Positions 26,501 through 41,500 of a stretch of DNA of 64,000 bases are shown piece after piece; the stretch's first letter is position 1, and the number at the start of each line of letters is the position of its first letter. Source of the DNA: Perkinsus olseni. Its lineage: Eukaryota. The notes below the pieces were generated by a model. The model made no database searches, was not told the origin of the DNA, and saw only the letters and a program-made list of their open reading frames with translations. The stretch covers positions 1 through 64,000 of the forward strand of contig JABANN010000009.1 in assembly GCA_013115125.1 (NCBI GenBank), written 5' to 3'. The position numbers were made by a program, and so were the translations under genes.

Positions 26501-29500
26501 GAGGCTTTCAATATGGTATTTGGCTTCTCACGAGATGAAAAATACGGGTTGTCGCTTTTTTGCGGAAAACTCAACTTCACGTAAAATCCGGAGTAAAATT
26601 TCCTTGGCCTATGGATCTCGGAATTTTCTCGGAAATATCCTTTTTCGGCGCTGTGCAAGACTTTAAAGAACAGGTATGAAATAACGGTTTTCTCTTTCTT
26701 CTTTGATATGATAAAGATCGCGGTTGAGCAAGTCTCAATGATTCATGAGGTTTCATCTTATGAGTAATTTTTTCGGAATTATCTTTTTTTCCGTCGCAGG
26801 TTCGAAGGTTGGGAGGCCGACTGTGTCGACTCCGCAAAGGAGAAGCTGAAGATGCGCTTATTGAGGCGTTTGGAGAAGACTGGCACTCTCAAAGTCAATT
26901 TCGATCCTCAGCTCGTTCGGCTGCTGCGAGAGGTTCGATATTTCCTTCTTTTCGGTCTGGAGGTGCCGGAAGTGGCCTTGGAGATGTATCAGCGGGCGGA
27001 CACTTATCGAGAGTGGACGGGGAGACTCGACGTGGTTGTGCAAAAATATAATTCTGTGCTGACGGAGTTGCTACTGGTGGAGGAGCCCCTGTTTGCGGAT
27101 CGGATTCAAAAAATGGATACTACTTTGTCGCCGGGTTTGGTGGATCTACGGTGGAATCGAGAAGATCGGATACCCGATTTTATCGCACTCGCGGAGGGCG
27201 TCATTGGTGATGTGTCGTCTGTTGTGGATGTTGTAAAGTGCAACCTTCGGAAGATCTCTGCGATTTTGGCGAGGTGGTGCCAAGCGCCTCTGCTGGAGAG
27301 AAAACCGAAGCCGATGTCCGCGGAAGATTTTGATAGCGTCCATAAAGCGGCGGTTGGCGTGAGGCTTCACATGATGACGGAAGATGGCAAGGAGATTCAC
27401 AAGCTGATCAAGGACAGCTCGGAGGCGCTGAAAGTCTCAAAAACGGCGGAGACTTGGAAAAGTTACGTCGATTTTGTCAACAACATCGTCATTGAGGGCC
27501 TGGTCTCGGCTGTGGCCGTTTCGCTACAGTATCTTTGCGAGATCTTGGATCCTCTCATAATAGCTCGGAATGAAATGCAGCCTCTCTTTGATGTGAAAAT
27601 CGAACTGCAAGATTCTGAGATTGTCTTCGAACCAGCCTTCACGCTGGCAAGCGGCTCCCCAGGCGGCCTGTGTCTGAGGGGGGTTATTGACGGATGGTTG
27701 AAGGACTTCTTTGCCATCGGAACAGTTATGCAAAGGCTTGACTCAGGTAGTGGAAGGGAAGGGTCGCATCGGTTAGGACGGAGTTACACGCCCGATGGCC
27801 ACGACGGTCTGGAAATTAATAGACCGATCGAAATAGAAAAAACCTTAAAAAATCTGGTCTCGCGGTTTTGAAGAAACCCGTAAATTTTTCAGGCACTGGA
27901 GACTACCTTAACGAGTTGAAAGAGCACTTCCAGATGCAATGCCTGCTAGCTTTGGTTAGCGAATTGATCGATAATACTGAGATGAAGTGCCTGGAGTATC
28001 GACAGAAGTTCCTGGAGCACTCCTTCTTGTGGCTGGATTCAATACAAGATTCGTTTAATACCTTCCTGGCGGATGGCGCTAAGGATCTTGTGGAGAACTT
28101 CGAGGAGGAGGGGGTAAGGCTGCGCAATTAATTGAAAAATTAGAAAATTGATGCGTTTTTTTCACGATTTCGATCCTACGAGTGTATAATATTTTCAACT
28201 AAGTTTTTATGAAGAAGAACTCCCCTTGAAGCGAGAAAGTTGAAAATTTATTGCAACTTTCGCGCTACGTAAAACCTCAATCAGAGGGCGTGGATTTTTC
28301 TACCGTCATAGTAATACCATAATTTTCGTTATTCACCCTACGTGGAGCGCGTACACTCGAGCGACGATGTTGTAATATAGTTGCTCTCTCTTGGATTCCA
28401 CTAATTTATAGAAAATCGTTGCGAAAATTTGATCGAATTTCCCAATTTTCCCTCATGAATTTGAGTACAACAGAAGAAGCGCTGATGGATGATCCTTAGG
28501 TTGCCTTTAACGAGATTATGGCGATGATCGGAGTTGATTTGGGGGAGCCCATTCCTCCTATGGAAAAGTTCGACAAGGCGGTTACGCGATTCACCCAGAT
28601 GAAGACTAGCATCAGCAACTTGAAGACCCCGGTCGATATCCACTGGCTGCGAATCAACATTCAACCAGTTAAAATACATTTAGTGCAATTCGCAGGAAAA
28701 TGGGAGTACACGTATACCAACTACCTGCAAGAATTTTGCGAGGGAAGAATTGGTTCGCTGTGTCGATTTATTGACAAGGTTAATAACGGCCTGACCCAGC
28801 ACAGCCCGGCGGACGATCCGGAAAATGAGAAGCTGCTCTACGCCACAATGACGCATATTAGGGACGTTAAGTTGGCGATGGAAGCGACGAAATTGCTGTT
28901 TAATCCGATCCGGGAGCAAGTGCAAACTCTGAAGAAACACGGAGTTGTTTTGCCTGAGGAGCAGCTCCAGGAGTTGGACTTGGCCCCTGCGCGATGGGAG
29001 GAAGTTATAAGAGCGGCGTTTGATGAGAAGGAAAAGATACTGCCGTTGCAGAGCGCGGAAATGTTGAAGATACGCCGAAAAATCGACGCCTTTGCTGGCG
29101 AGGTCGCGGAGTACCGGAGTACCTTCTTGCGGGAATGCCCGTTCGCGGCGGAGCACACGTACGAGGAAGCGTACGGGAAGTTGGACGACTTTTATGAGAG
29201 GACGATGGCGATGGTGGAGAGGGCGAAGGAGTGAGTTGAGTGGAATCTTTGCTGTGCGCGGTTTTGGTATCTTTCTGTGGGGCATATTTTGCTGTGATTT
29301 GGGAATTAGTTTCAGCCGACGTTCGCCTTGTTTAATTTTGTGGTATTTTTCTTCTTTTTTTAGTTTTGTGGAAAGATACTCGTGCGGAATCTTCGCTGTG
29401 CGCAATTTCAATTCTCCTTGACTCCTATGACTTTTAAAGATACTATCGCGGAATCTTCGCTGTGCGCAATTTCAATTCTCCTTGACTCTCATGAATTTTA

Positions 29501-32500
29501 AAGATACTATCGCGGAATCTTCGCTGTGCGCAATTTCAATTCTCCTTGACTCTCGGGATTTTGACAATGGTCATCACTTCGCAGGGTATCTTGAAATCTT
29601 CACTGTGCGCAATCATTTCAGATACAACAACCTGGAGCTTCTATTCGACATGGCCATGAGTGGCTATCGCGAGCTGAAAGATTCCCAGGAGGATCTTGTA
29701 TTATTGAAGAACCTTTGGGATGCGATAGCTCTCATAAACTTTACCTTTGAGGATTGGAACTCCACCTTATGGGACCGGATCAACACTGATGACCTTCTAA
29801 TGCGAGTGAAGGAGTTGGGGACCCAAGTCAAGGCGATGCCAAAGGAAATCCGCGGGTGGAAGCTGTATGCTTGGCTACAAGATATTGTTAAGAATATGTC
29901 CACCGTACTGCCGCTGATTAGCGATCTTCACTCTGAGACGATGAGGGACAGGCATTGGAACCAGCTGATGGACGTTACGGGAACGACGTTTACGAAGGGG
30001 CCCGAATTTTGCTTTAAAGATTTACTGGATTTGGAGCTGTATAAATTCGCGGATGATGTTAGTGAGATAGTCGATCAGAGCGTGAAGGAAGCGAAGATCG
30101 AAAAGAAATTATCGACCATTCGAACGACCTGGACGAAGCTGACGTTGGAGTTCGATCATTCAAGAGAGGATTGCCCGCTGTTGAAGGAGCTTGGGGAAGT
30201 TGTGGAGATTCTGGAATCGCACTCGCTCGAAATGATGGGGATGGTGTCCCAGGGAAGATTTATCGAGTTTTGCCAGGCTGTGGTGGACGAGTGGAGTAAG
30301 AAGGGAATCTTTGGGGTATCTTAGGTTGAAGCTAGTCGGTTGTGGGAAAAAAGATTCGCGTTCGTATCATCATGATTTTCGCTTAGGGAAAATTTTCTAG
30401 GCTGTGCGTTTGAGACAAATGGAAAAAGATCCTCCCTCCTCGCCGCGAGTTACGTATTTTCAGGTACGAAACTTCGCACGGTCGATTCGGTTTTGACGGT
30501 ATGGCAAAAAGTTCAGCGAAATTGGTGTCGTCTGGAACCAATTTTTATGCTTTCTGACGATATCCGATCCCAGCTCCCAGAGGATAGTAAAAGGTTCGAA
30601 GCTCTTGATGCAGAATGGAAGGATCTTATGGTCGACGCGTCACAGTCGTCGAATGCTGTTGAGATTTGCTGTGCTGAGGGAAGAGAGGAGGTGAGTAATG
30701 GGAGGATGGAGCCACTTACTTGATGTTTTGATGTGTTGGGGATGGGGTGGTATTTGGCATCTACGCCCAACTGTTTTTTTGCAACTCAACACGCGAACCT
30801 TGTAAATTGCGCAATGTGAACGACCGTGTTAATATTCTTATGAAATGATCGGACCCATTTTCCTCCCGGGCGCGGTTCGGTTATTGAGGGTTGATGAGCG
30901 CATCCCTGTCTAAGTTTAGACGTGCTCTCAGGTCCTCCATCGGTTGAACGAAGCCATCGAAGCGTGCGAGAAGAGCTTGAATGATTACCTGGAGCAAAAG
31001 AAGAAGGCCTTCCCGAGGTTCTACTTCGTCGCCAATCAGGCTCTGCTGGATATCCTGTCTAATGGCAATAGACCATTGAAGGTGGGAGGGGAGAGGGGGG
31101 AGTTTGGTACTGAATATCCTGGAAGGGGCTGATAACTAAGGGGGGAATATCTTTTAAACTCGTGAAGGTCAAGAGTAGTTAGTATCTTGAAGATACTCTG
31201 CTATTTTTTACAGTAGTACTTTGCCGCTCCCGCGTCTTTGAGAGGGGTAGCTATCTTCCTTCGGAGTTCTATTTCTGCTCACAGCGAAGATTTCTGGTCT
31301 ATTTTACAAATTGATCATTCTCCTGAGCAGTACCAGCTCGTTTTTCGCTCGGGAAGGGAAACTCTCTAATTATATCCGAGAAGAATATCTTTCCACCTAG
31401 TATATCGTCCTTTTCGTATCTTCGAGAATCTTTCATGGTATCTTTGAACTTCGTGTGATCCCTACCACGCACCGCAAAGATTTTTGGTATCTTGTCGTTC
31501 GCATCAGGTTGCAGAGTATCTTGGAGATTGCTTTGATGGTGTCAAGAGTCTCAACTTCGAGAAAGATCCGGTCAACGGCCGAATCGGCACCGGTATCATT
31601 TCAAAAGACAAAGAATATGTGCCGTTCTACGAGGATGTCGTTCTCGAGGGGGCGGTGGAAACGTATCTTACTAACTTGGAGTCGCACATAAGATGCACGT
31701 TAAGAGATATTTTGGACAACGCCCGGGCTACTGCTGAGAATTGGGAAGTTGATAAACCGAGGGAAATCTGGTTGCAAGATTACTGCGCGCAATTGGCGTT
31801 GGTGACGACTCAATTGGTGTGGACCGAGGAAACGGCGAGGGCCTTTGACGAGCTTGAGGGCGGCAGCGAGACGGCGATGAAGGATTATAAGAGAGTTTGT
31901 GATGATCGGATTGAAAAGCTCATTAAACAGGTAATGGGGGAATAGGGGGTCGCTTCCGAGACTCAATTTCTCAATTTCCGATATTTTTCAGTGGTGTTTT
32001 TTAGCATATCTTTTCCCGTCAGGTCCAACAACCGCTCGGAGCCGACCTTCGAGCTAAGATCATCACCATCATCACGATTGATGTCCACGCCAGAGACGTT
32101 ATTGAAAAATTCGTTCAAACGAAAATTACGGATCCCACGGCCTTCCAGTGGCAAAGTCAGCTGCGATTTTATTGGCAACAAAAACCAGCGGCGGGAAATT
32201 TGGTATCTTTCACTCCCGAGGAACTCAAAACTTGCGTCATTCGTATTTGCGACTGGGCGACGATCTACCAGTACGAGTATGTTGGGAATTGTGGAAGGCT
32301 GGTCATCACGCCGCTCACCGATCGGTGTTATATCACACTGACGCAGGCGTTGAATCTTATCATGGGTGGAGCCCCGGCTGGACCGGCAGGTAGTAGTGGA
32401 GGGGGTGGTGGGGCGCACGGTGAAGAAAATTACTATTTTTTGACGTGCTAGTGAGGAAGGAATTACGTGTAAATTATTGGTAGTGGATTGGGTGATGATA

Positions 32501-35500
32501 AATTTTTGGTAATTTTCCTACAAGTATGTTTCGTAAAAATTAAAGCAGTTTGCAAGGTGAATTGGAGCAGAAGCTACGTGGAAAAATTAACGCGATTTTT
32601 CCGGAATTTTTTTCCTCATTATTTCTTGCGAAGTTTGTCTTGATGTATTTAGCGAGAGTTCTTGTGAAGTCGGGCGTGCTTGCTTAGATTCTGATTTTTT
32701 TCACAAAGTATCACGCGTTTTTACGAAGCTTGTTGTCCCGCATTTGAAAATTATTGTTGTTTCACTGAAAACCTGCGTGTTGACTAAAATGATGATTTTT
32801 TTCGGAAAAAAAATTTTCCGTCTGTGGTCAGGTACGGGCAAAACAGAAACGACGAAGGATCTCGCCAGAGCGATCGGTCTTGCTGTGATGGTCTTCAACT
32901 GTTCGGACCAGATGAGCTACCTCACGATGGCGCAAATTTTCATGGGGTTGAGCCAAACTGGAGCTTGGGGCTGCTTCGACGAGTTCAACAGGATCAGTAT
33001 CGAGGTTCTTAGCGTCGTATCGACGCAGGTGAAGACAGTTTTGGACGCGATTAAAGAGAATCTTCAGACTTATCTTTTCATGGATGAGGATATTAGGTTG
33101 ATCCCGACCTGTGGATTCTTCATCACGATGAACCCTGGATACGCTGGCCGGACGGAGTTGCCGGAAAATCTAAAGGCGCTCTTCCGATCCTGCGCAATGG
33201 TCGTGCCGGATTTGGTATTTATTTGCGAGAATATGTTGATGAGCGAAGGCTTTGTGGTGGCGAGAAGTCTGGCGAGAAAATTCGTATGTCTTTACATGCT
33301 TTGTCGGGAGTTGCTGTCGAAGCAAATGCATTACGATTGGGGCCTGAGGGCGGTGAAGTCACTTTTGAGGCAGGCGGGGACGCTGAAGAGAGCAGACCCA
33401 GATATGGACGAGTACCCGATTTTGATGCGCGCGTTGAGAGATTTTAACACGCCCAAAATTGTTACGTCGGACATGCCAATTTTCCTGCGACTCATTCAAG
33501 ATCTCTTCCCGGGAGTGACGGCGGAGGTGAAATTGAATCCGGAATTTTCGAAAGTTGTTTCGAAGGTTGTTAAGGACCGGGGTTTGCAAGCTGACGAGGG
33601 ATTTGTGACGAAGGTTGTGGGATTGCTAGACATTCTGGGCGTGCGTCATTGTTGCTTTATCATTGGTCCGACGGGCTCGGCGAAAACGGAGGTCTGGAAG
33701 TGCCTGTTAGAGTCGCTGAAGGTGATAGGAGAAGAGGGAGCGTACGAGGCTTTGAACCCGAAGGCGATTACTTCTGATGAGCTGTACGGGATAATGACGA
33801 AAACGAAGGAATGGAAGGACGGAGCGATCGCTGTTATCATGAGGAATATGAGTAAGGAAATTAACGGCTATAAATCGTCGCACAAACACAAGTGGGTGGT
33901 GCTGGATGGGGATATTGATGCGACCTGGATCGAGTCTATGAATACTGTAATGGATGATAATAAGGTAGTGAAAGGGGTTTTCGAATTTTGGGATTTTCCG
34001 GAATTTCGCGATGTCAATTTCTCAATGTCACGACAGGATTAACCTGCAAAATTCCCGAAAAGTTATTCTTTTTTCTGTCGAATTTGGAATTTTTCTCATT
34101 TTACCTTTTTTTCCGAGATTTTTTTTCGCTTTTCGACTTCGGCTGGGTGGGTCGGTCGTTTGAAAACTGCTTTTCGGAAAATTCTGCACTTGCAACATTT
34201 TCGCGGTTTGCGTTTTTTCCGCCATATTTCACGCGAAAATTTTCAAGACTGGTAATATTTCGTAAATTTTCAGGTGCTCACTTTGGTCTCGAATGAGCGT
34301 ATTCCCTTCACCAACACCATGCGGATGCTGCTGGAAATCCAAGATATGAAGTGTGCTTCTCCCGCTACGGTTTCCCGAGGCGGCGTACTGTTCATTAACG
34401 AGACGGACGTCGGTTGGAAACCTTATATGGAATCTTGGAGAGAGAAGATGGACCCGGTGGCTCAGAGCACTTTTTATCTGCTGTTTAATAACTACTTTGA
34501 GGCAAATATCGAGTAAGGGAAGGTTTGGGGTCGGAATAGGTTGTACGTGGAAAAGTAGCATAAAATTTTGAGTGAATTTTTACTCGCTATTTAATAATTA
34601 TTTTAATGTAAATAGCGAGTAAGGGAAGACTGTGGGAGATGAGGTTTAGGTCGGGATAGGTTGAACACGTGAAAGTAGCATAAATTTATCAGTGGAGGAA
34701 TTTGTGTGGTGTAGGAGAGTTGCTAGTGAGTATTGTTCGGGAATGGACGAGCGGGTATCTTAGCTTGAAGCTGGCGCGGCGTAAATTCATAGATATGCAT
34801 TGGAGGTCCACTCGCGGCAGAAAAAAATTCATTTCACATGGCAAAATTCTCATCAGCTGAAAAGCGCGTGAAGCGAGTGGTTTTCCACTCTAAGTACGGT
34901 GTAAAACGCGGGGTAACTTCACGGAAAAATACGGATTTTTTGGTTTTTTTCCGGGAAAACTCTGCTGATTCGTGCCTTATACTGGATGGTATCTTAGGTC
35001 GATTCGCCAACAATACGCGTTCTCCTGTCCCATCCTGGACATGGGCTTCGTCCAAGCTATTTGTGCGATCATCGATGCCTTATTAAAGAACAACACTAAG
35101 GAGGCCATGGACGCCCTCAGAGTGGCGAGCGCGGAAGAGCAGAAACTGATTTACGAGGCTTACTTTGTCTACGCGATGATGTGGGCTGTTGGAGGGGCGG
35201 TTGCTGATGATAAAATCACTAATCACCGGAAAAGTTTTAACAGCTGGATGAGAAGTACGAGTAAAATAAAATTCCCGGAGGCGGGCGAAGCGATGGACTA
35301 CCGGTATGATACGGTCAGCCAGTCCTGGAAGCACTGGGAAGATTTTGTGACGCCCTACGCTCCGATCGCGGAGAGAATGTTCCAGACGATTGTGGTGTCC
35401 AATACGGAGATCGAAAGGATGAAGTACAATTTGGCACTTTGCATGAAAAGGGCGAAGCCTGTGCTGTTCTGTGGTGTGGCGGGTAAGTTTGAGGTGGGCG

Positions 35501-38500
35501 GAAATTTTTTTTCGAAAATTTCGATCGAAAAATCTCCGCTGAGAAACTTTTCTTGGTGGGGATTTTTATTATTATTTGGCGCTGTTTTGTGTGATGGTAG
35601 TATCTTGGGAGTGGTCAGTAGTAAGGCTGGTATATCACTAGTATCTTTCCTTCTGTATCTTGCAAGGGTGAAGCTTGGATACGTTCATAAGGATAGCTCT
35701 TATCAATAACTTCGGGTTTCCTACCAAATTTTTCGCTGTTTTCCCCTCAAGGATTTTTTTATTATTTCCGGGGTATTTTGTGTGAGCATTAGTGGTGGGA
35801 TAGAGTAAGATATCGCTAGTATCTTTCTCTCTGTATCTTACTAGGGTGAAGCTAGGATACGATAACGCATTTTGCGTAGGTACCGGAAAAACAACGATCG
35901 TTAAGGACTACCTGTCTGAGTTGGGCGAAGAGATGCTTAGCGCTTCACTAAACCATAACAGCTACACGGACAGCTTCTCGTTGCAGCTTATTGTGGAGAG
36001 CTATCTTGATAAGAGAACTGGGAGAACCTTCGGGCCGCCGGGAAATAAGAAATGTGTTTACTTCATCGACGACCTCAACATGCCCTATGTAGACGAGTAT
36101 GATACGCAGAGCGCTATCATGCTCCTGACGCAGGTGAGGGTATCTTTTTTTTCTGTGAAGTACTATGATCGACCTCCTTTTTCAGTTGATATCATATGGT
36201 ACGTTATTTGATCGATTCCATCTTGAGGAGAAGAAGGATATTGTGGACATTCAGTACTGTGCTTGCATGAATCCGAAGGCGGGAAGCTTTATGGTTAACG
36301 CGCGGCTGCAGCGACACTTCACTGTCCTGACGACCTTCGCTCCTACCGGCGATTTAATAACGCAAATTTATTCTCAAATTTTGGGTCAGCATCTGCTCCA
36401 GTTCGAGGCGAGTGTTCAGAATCATCAAGAAAATATCGTCAATGCGACGACGGAGGTCCTCAACCGAATTCTGGCTCAGCCGTGCTTCCTGCCGTCTGCT
36501 AAGAAGTTCCATTATCAATTTAACTTGAAGGACATCTCTAATGTCTTCCAGTCCCTGTTGAACACAACGCCGGCGCTGTTCCGAGGCAGCCCGGTGAAGT
36601 ATCTTAGGGTGTGGTTACACGAGTGCGAGAGGGTCTTTTCCGATCGGTTGGTGAGCGAAGATGATATGAAGGAAATGAAGACGATTTTCGAGCAGGCTGC
36701 AAAGAAGCATTTTACGGGAGTAAATATGGAAGAACTTTTTGCGGAAAATCTTTTATTCACGTCATTTATTTCGGTCCACGGCGGGAATGACAAACAATAT
36801 ATGGCGATAAGGGACCAGGAGCAGCTGAATCATGTTTTGACAGAAAAGCTGGCAGAGTATAACGAGACCTTCGCGGAGATGAATTTGGTCTTATTCGAGG
36901 ACGCGATGGCTCATGTGTGTCGGATTGCGAGAATTATCGACCTGCCCTGCGGCAATGCTCTGCTCGTCGGAGTGGGTGGCTCGGGCAAGCAATCGCTGTC
37001 AAGATTGGCCTGCTTTGTTATGCAAACTGATGTGGTTACTATCCTGGTTAACATGTCCTATGGACTTGCGGACCTTAAGGTCGATCTACAGGAGATGTAT
37101 AAAAAGGCAGCGGTTAAGCCGGGAACGCCGCACGCGTTTTTGTTGACGGATGGTCAAATCGCGGATGAAAGATTTTTGGTATTTATTAACGATATGTTGG
37201 CTACTGGAAATATTCCGGATTTGTTTACCAGGGAGGAGTACGATGCCTTGTTGGGAGCTGTGAGGAATCAGGCGAAAGCTGCTGGGGTGAGTTGGGGGAT
37301 TCTGATGAAAATAGCGGATTTCGAGCGCTGGCGACGCTGTTGACAAATTTTGGGAGTGGTCACGGAGTTCCAATTTTATCCGTATCTTTGGGTTACGCGT
37401 GCAGATCTCGGAATTTCGTGGCGCAGTGACGCGGTTCTTTTCGTTTTTCAGTACCCAGACGAGCGTTCGTCCCTCTTCCAATTCTTCCTCGACAAGGTCC
37501 GCAAAAATCTTCATCTCATTCTGTGTCACTCCCCCGTTGGTGACACTTTCCGAATCCGCGGAAGAAAATTCCCGGCCTTAATTTCGTGCATGACGGTCGA
37601 CGAGTTCCATCCTTGGCCGCGGGCTGCTTTAACGTTCGTGGCCTCGAGATTCCTGCAAGATATTACTCTCCCGGAGGAATCTTTGTATGATAAGCTCGCG
37701 TCGAATATGGCCGAGGTTCACTTGTCGATTGACGTGGCGAACGCAAGATACCTGGCGGTTGAGCGAAGATATAACTACACCACACCGAAGAGCTTCCTCG
37801 AGCTCATTGCGTTCTATAAACAACTTCTGGAAAAGAAGCGCTCGAAGGTGGAAATTAATATCGAGCGGTTGGAGAAGGGCTTGACGATCATGGAGCAAGT
37901 CCAGGCCAAGGTGGAGGGACTGAAGGAGGATCTCAAGGTCAAGATGGTTCAAGTTGAAGAGAAGAAAGCGGCGACCAACGTGCTGATTGATGAGGTACTA
38001 ACGGAGGGAAATTTGGATTCCTTGCGGAACGGCGGTGGAAATTGGGGATTTTCGAGCGCCCGAAAAAGTAGAGTTGAACTTTGCTCCTGTGTGTCTAACG
38101 AGAAAAGATTTGATCAATTTTATTTAATTTTTGGAATCTTGAATTTTCGGCGAAAAAAATAATTTTTCGAGCGACAATTGCGTCGGAAAATCAGGCGTAT
38201 TCAACTCTGTTTATGTGTGTCGAAATATTTCTTCAGAAATCCTTAAAATGAAAATTTTCCCGAAAAATTTTGCTTTTGTCGCTTTTCACTTGACAGGCTT
38301 CGTTTTCCTCGTTATCAGGTTACAGTAGCGTCCGAAAAAGCTGCAGCTGAGAAGGCGGTCGCCGACGAAGAAGCCACGAAAACGAACGCGCTCGCCGAAG
38401 AAGCGAGTAAGATCAAAGCGCAGGCGGACGGGGAGCTGGCTGAAGCGATGCCGGCGATGGAAGCTGCGAAGGAGGCTGTGGACTGTCTGACGAAACCGGC

Positions 38501-41500
38501 GATTACGGAGTTGAAGTCGCTCGGAAAACCACCGCCGGATTGTGTAGAGGTCACAAAGGCGGTTATGATTTTACTGAGGAATGAGAGGAAGAATTTGGAC
38601 TGGAAAGCGGCACAGAAAATGATGAACAACCCGCAGGCGTTCTTGGACGAAGTTATGTCGTTTAACGCTAATGAAATTCCGGACTGGGTGTTGGATATGA
38701 TAGACCCGATTCTGCAGAAAGATTTTTTCAACTACAACTCTATGAAGTCAAAATCGGTGGCTGCGGCATATCTTTGTAACTGGGTGGTGAATATCGTGAA
38801 GTACAATAGAATTTACGTAAAGGTCGCTCCGCTGATGGAAAAAGTTAAAGAATCTACGCAGCAAAAAGAAGAGGCTGAAGCGGCTCTGGTGATTGTAATG
38901 ACGAGGGTTAAGGAAGTTGAGGAGAGAGTTGCAAAGTTGGAAAAGACTTTGAGTGATGCGGTGACGGAGAAGGAACAAACGGAAGCGGAAGCGAACGCTT
39001 GTTTGGCGAAATTGGAGCTCGCGCAGCGTCTGGTGGATGGCCTGGCGGATGAGTATGCTCGGTGGACGCAGACAGTGAAGGAGTTGAAGGAAAAGAGTTT
39101 GACGCTGATCGGAGATTCTATGCTTGCCTCAGCATTCGTTGGGTAAGGGACTGGTGGTGGGAATCTTTATAGTGCGTTCGGCGAGGGTGTGGTAGCGATT
39201 GATTTTATTGGCGTTGCATTTTTGGGGAAAATTCGTCGGAAAATTTGTGGTTGGAATCGGAATCTTGCGCAATTGACAAAGTAGATTTCAGGAGTCGCAA
39301 GAGAGACGATCATCAACAAGCAGAGGAATCTTGAGAATCTTTATAGTGCGTTCGGAGTGGGCATGATAGTTCTTGAGAGAATCTCTAAGGGAGTTTCTCA
39401 GACCTCCCCTGGATTTCACAGGCTCTCCCAGGATTGAATTAGACGTGTGAAAGACGACTTTGTGAGGGGCTGTTGAACCTTAGGAAAGGCAGTCTGTTCA
39501 AAGTCGAATTGAATATATTATTCAACAATTTTCGACGTCTCTGGGGCAATTTCGTGGCGCGCGAGAAATCAGGCAGGTTTGTTGGTGTTCAGATACATCA
39601 GTCCCTTCTCCGCCGCTTTCCGTCTCGATCTGTGGAGCAACGTCTGGACGGGAGATATCAAGGAGAAGGGCATTCCCTTCACGGAGGGCGTCGACCCGCT
39701 CACTGTGCTGGCCTCGGAAGCAGACATTGCTATGTGGAAGAACGAAGGGCTGCCGGCGGACAGGATTTCTGTGGAGAACGCAGCGGTTGTGACAAGCTGC
39801 GCTCGATGGCCGTTGCTGATCGATCCGCAACTGCAAGGTGAGGGAGAGGAGATTGGCGCGTTGTAAAATGGTGGAAATTTTCACTTTTCGAGCGCTGGAA
39901 AATTATCGGCGGAAACCTTGCTCGGAGATTTTCGTATTTGATTATGGAGAGAAGGCATTCCTAGTAATTGGCTTCTGGATGAAAATTATTTTTTGGTAGA
40001 ATTTTTGATTAATCATCTTCCTGTTATCTTTAGTGCTTTGTCTGAGTGTGACTCAGTATCAATCTTGTACTACACTCGGTATCTTTTATTCTGTGAAGTC
40101 CATGCGTCAACCTCGATGAAGAATCTTTCTTCCTGTGTAGGCGTTAAATGGATCAAACAACGGTTGGGCGAAGACATGACCGCCATTCAACTCACCCAGC
40201 CGAACTGGCTGCAGAAGGTCCTCTTCTGCGTGTCGATGGGCGGCCAGCTTCTCATTGAAGCGGTGGGAGAAGAAATAGACGCGATCTTGGAGCCGCTTCT
40301 TGCGAGGTCGGTCGAGCTTCTTGGGAGCAAACGGGAGGGGTTTTTTGGTCAGGCAAGTATCTCGAAGGGGACGAAGTGGGTTTGTGATCAAAATTGGAGG
40401 AGAGGAGATCGACTATGATCAGAAATTCCAACTCATTTTGCAGAGCAAGCTGCCCAACCCTCATTACAGGTAACCAAGGTTTGTGATTTTGTCACTGCGC
40501 CACGAAATTAAGTTGTGGGGAATGTAGTGGTAGAAGGTGGAATTAGTAGATTGGCTGATAGTGAGCGAGATAGAAGGGGATAGTGGAGAGACCTGGAGTT
40601 GACACGGTCGTTCGTGATTGATGTGAGGTGATTCTAAAACTCGGAATCGATTCTGAGTTTAAGAGTTGGTTTCTTGAACAGGGATAGAGAAGACGCAGTT
40701 CTATTGTGTTTATGTGGGCGGCGATATTTTTCTTGGAAGACTTGAATATCGGGCGTCTTCAGGCCGGAGATTGCAGCGCAGTGTACCATCATCAACTTTA
40801 TCGTCACGCCGGAAGGCCTCGAGGACCAGATTCTCGCGATGGTTGTTAACGTGGAGAAACCTGAGCTAGAGCAGCAGAAGCAGGAGCTGGTGAGGCCGTT
40901 GGAGGAATCTTAGGTTGATGCGTGTTGCTAGCGAATTCTTGGATATCTACTCATTTGAATCGTATCAGTAAAAAATTGGGGGAAAATTGATTTCTTGGCG
41001 ACGAAAAAGTGCCGATCTTTCACGCCTCGATAATACGATCGTCAGAATGCAGGAAACGTTTTCTCGTGTAGTTTTTGGTCTTCTAAGGTCAGCAGTGTGC
41101 AAGGTGAAATATAAGATTCTCGTCTGAAGTTCCCGATCACGTAATGATTATAATCTTCATTTTGTCGTTGTGGTAGGTGCGAAAGCAGAACGAGTTCAAA
41201 GTCACTCTGGCTAAGCTCGAGGATGATCTCCTCGCCCAGCTGGCGGCAGCAGACCCCGCCACGATCTTGGATAATGTTGCTTTGATCGAAGGGCTCGAAG
41301 TGACCAAAAAAACGGCCAATGAAATTAACGAACAGGTGGGGAGACTTTGATTTGGCGATCGAAAATTTTTCTATGCGGGAAAAGGCGAGTTAGGTGAGGT
41401 CTAATTGAATTTCGAAAATGTTATTCTTAAATTTTTGTAATTTCGTAAAATTTAGTTGATTTCGGTTGAATTTTGAGTACCATCCATCAGGGTATCTCTA

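Noticed and set aside
29372-29555. Possible CRISPR-like array
   Set aside because: Units are near-identical along their whole length with no unique spacers; eukaryotic intron, no cas genes.
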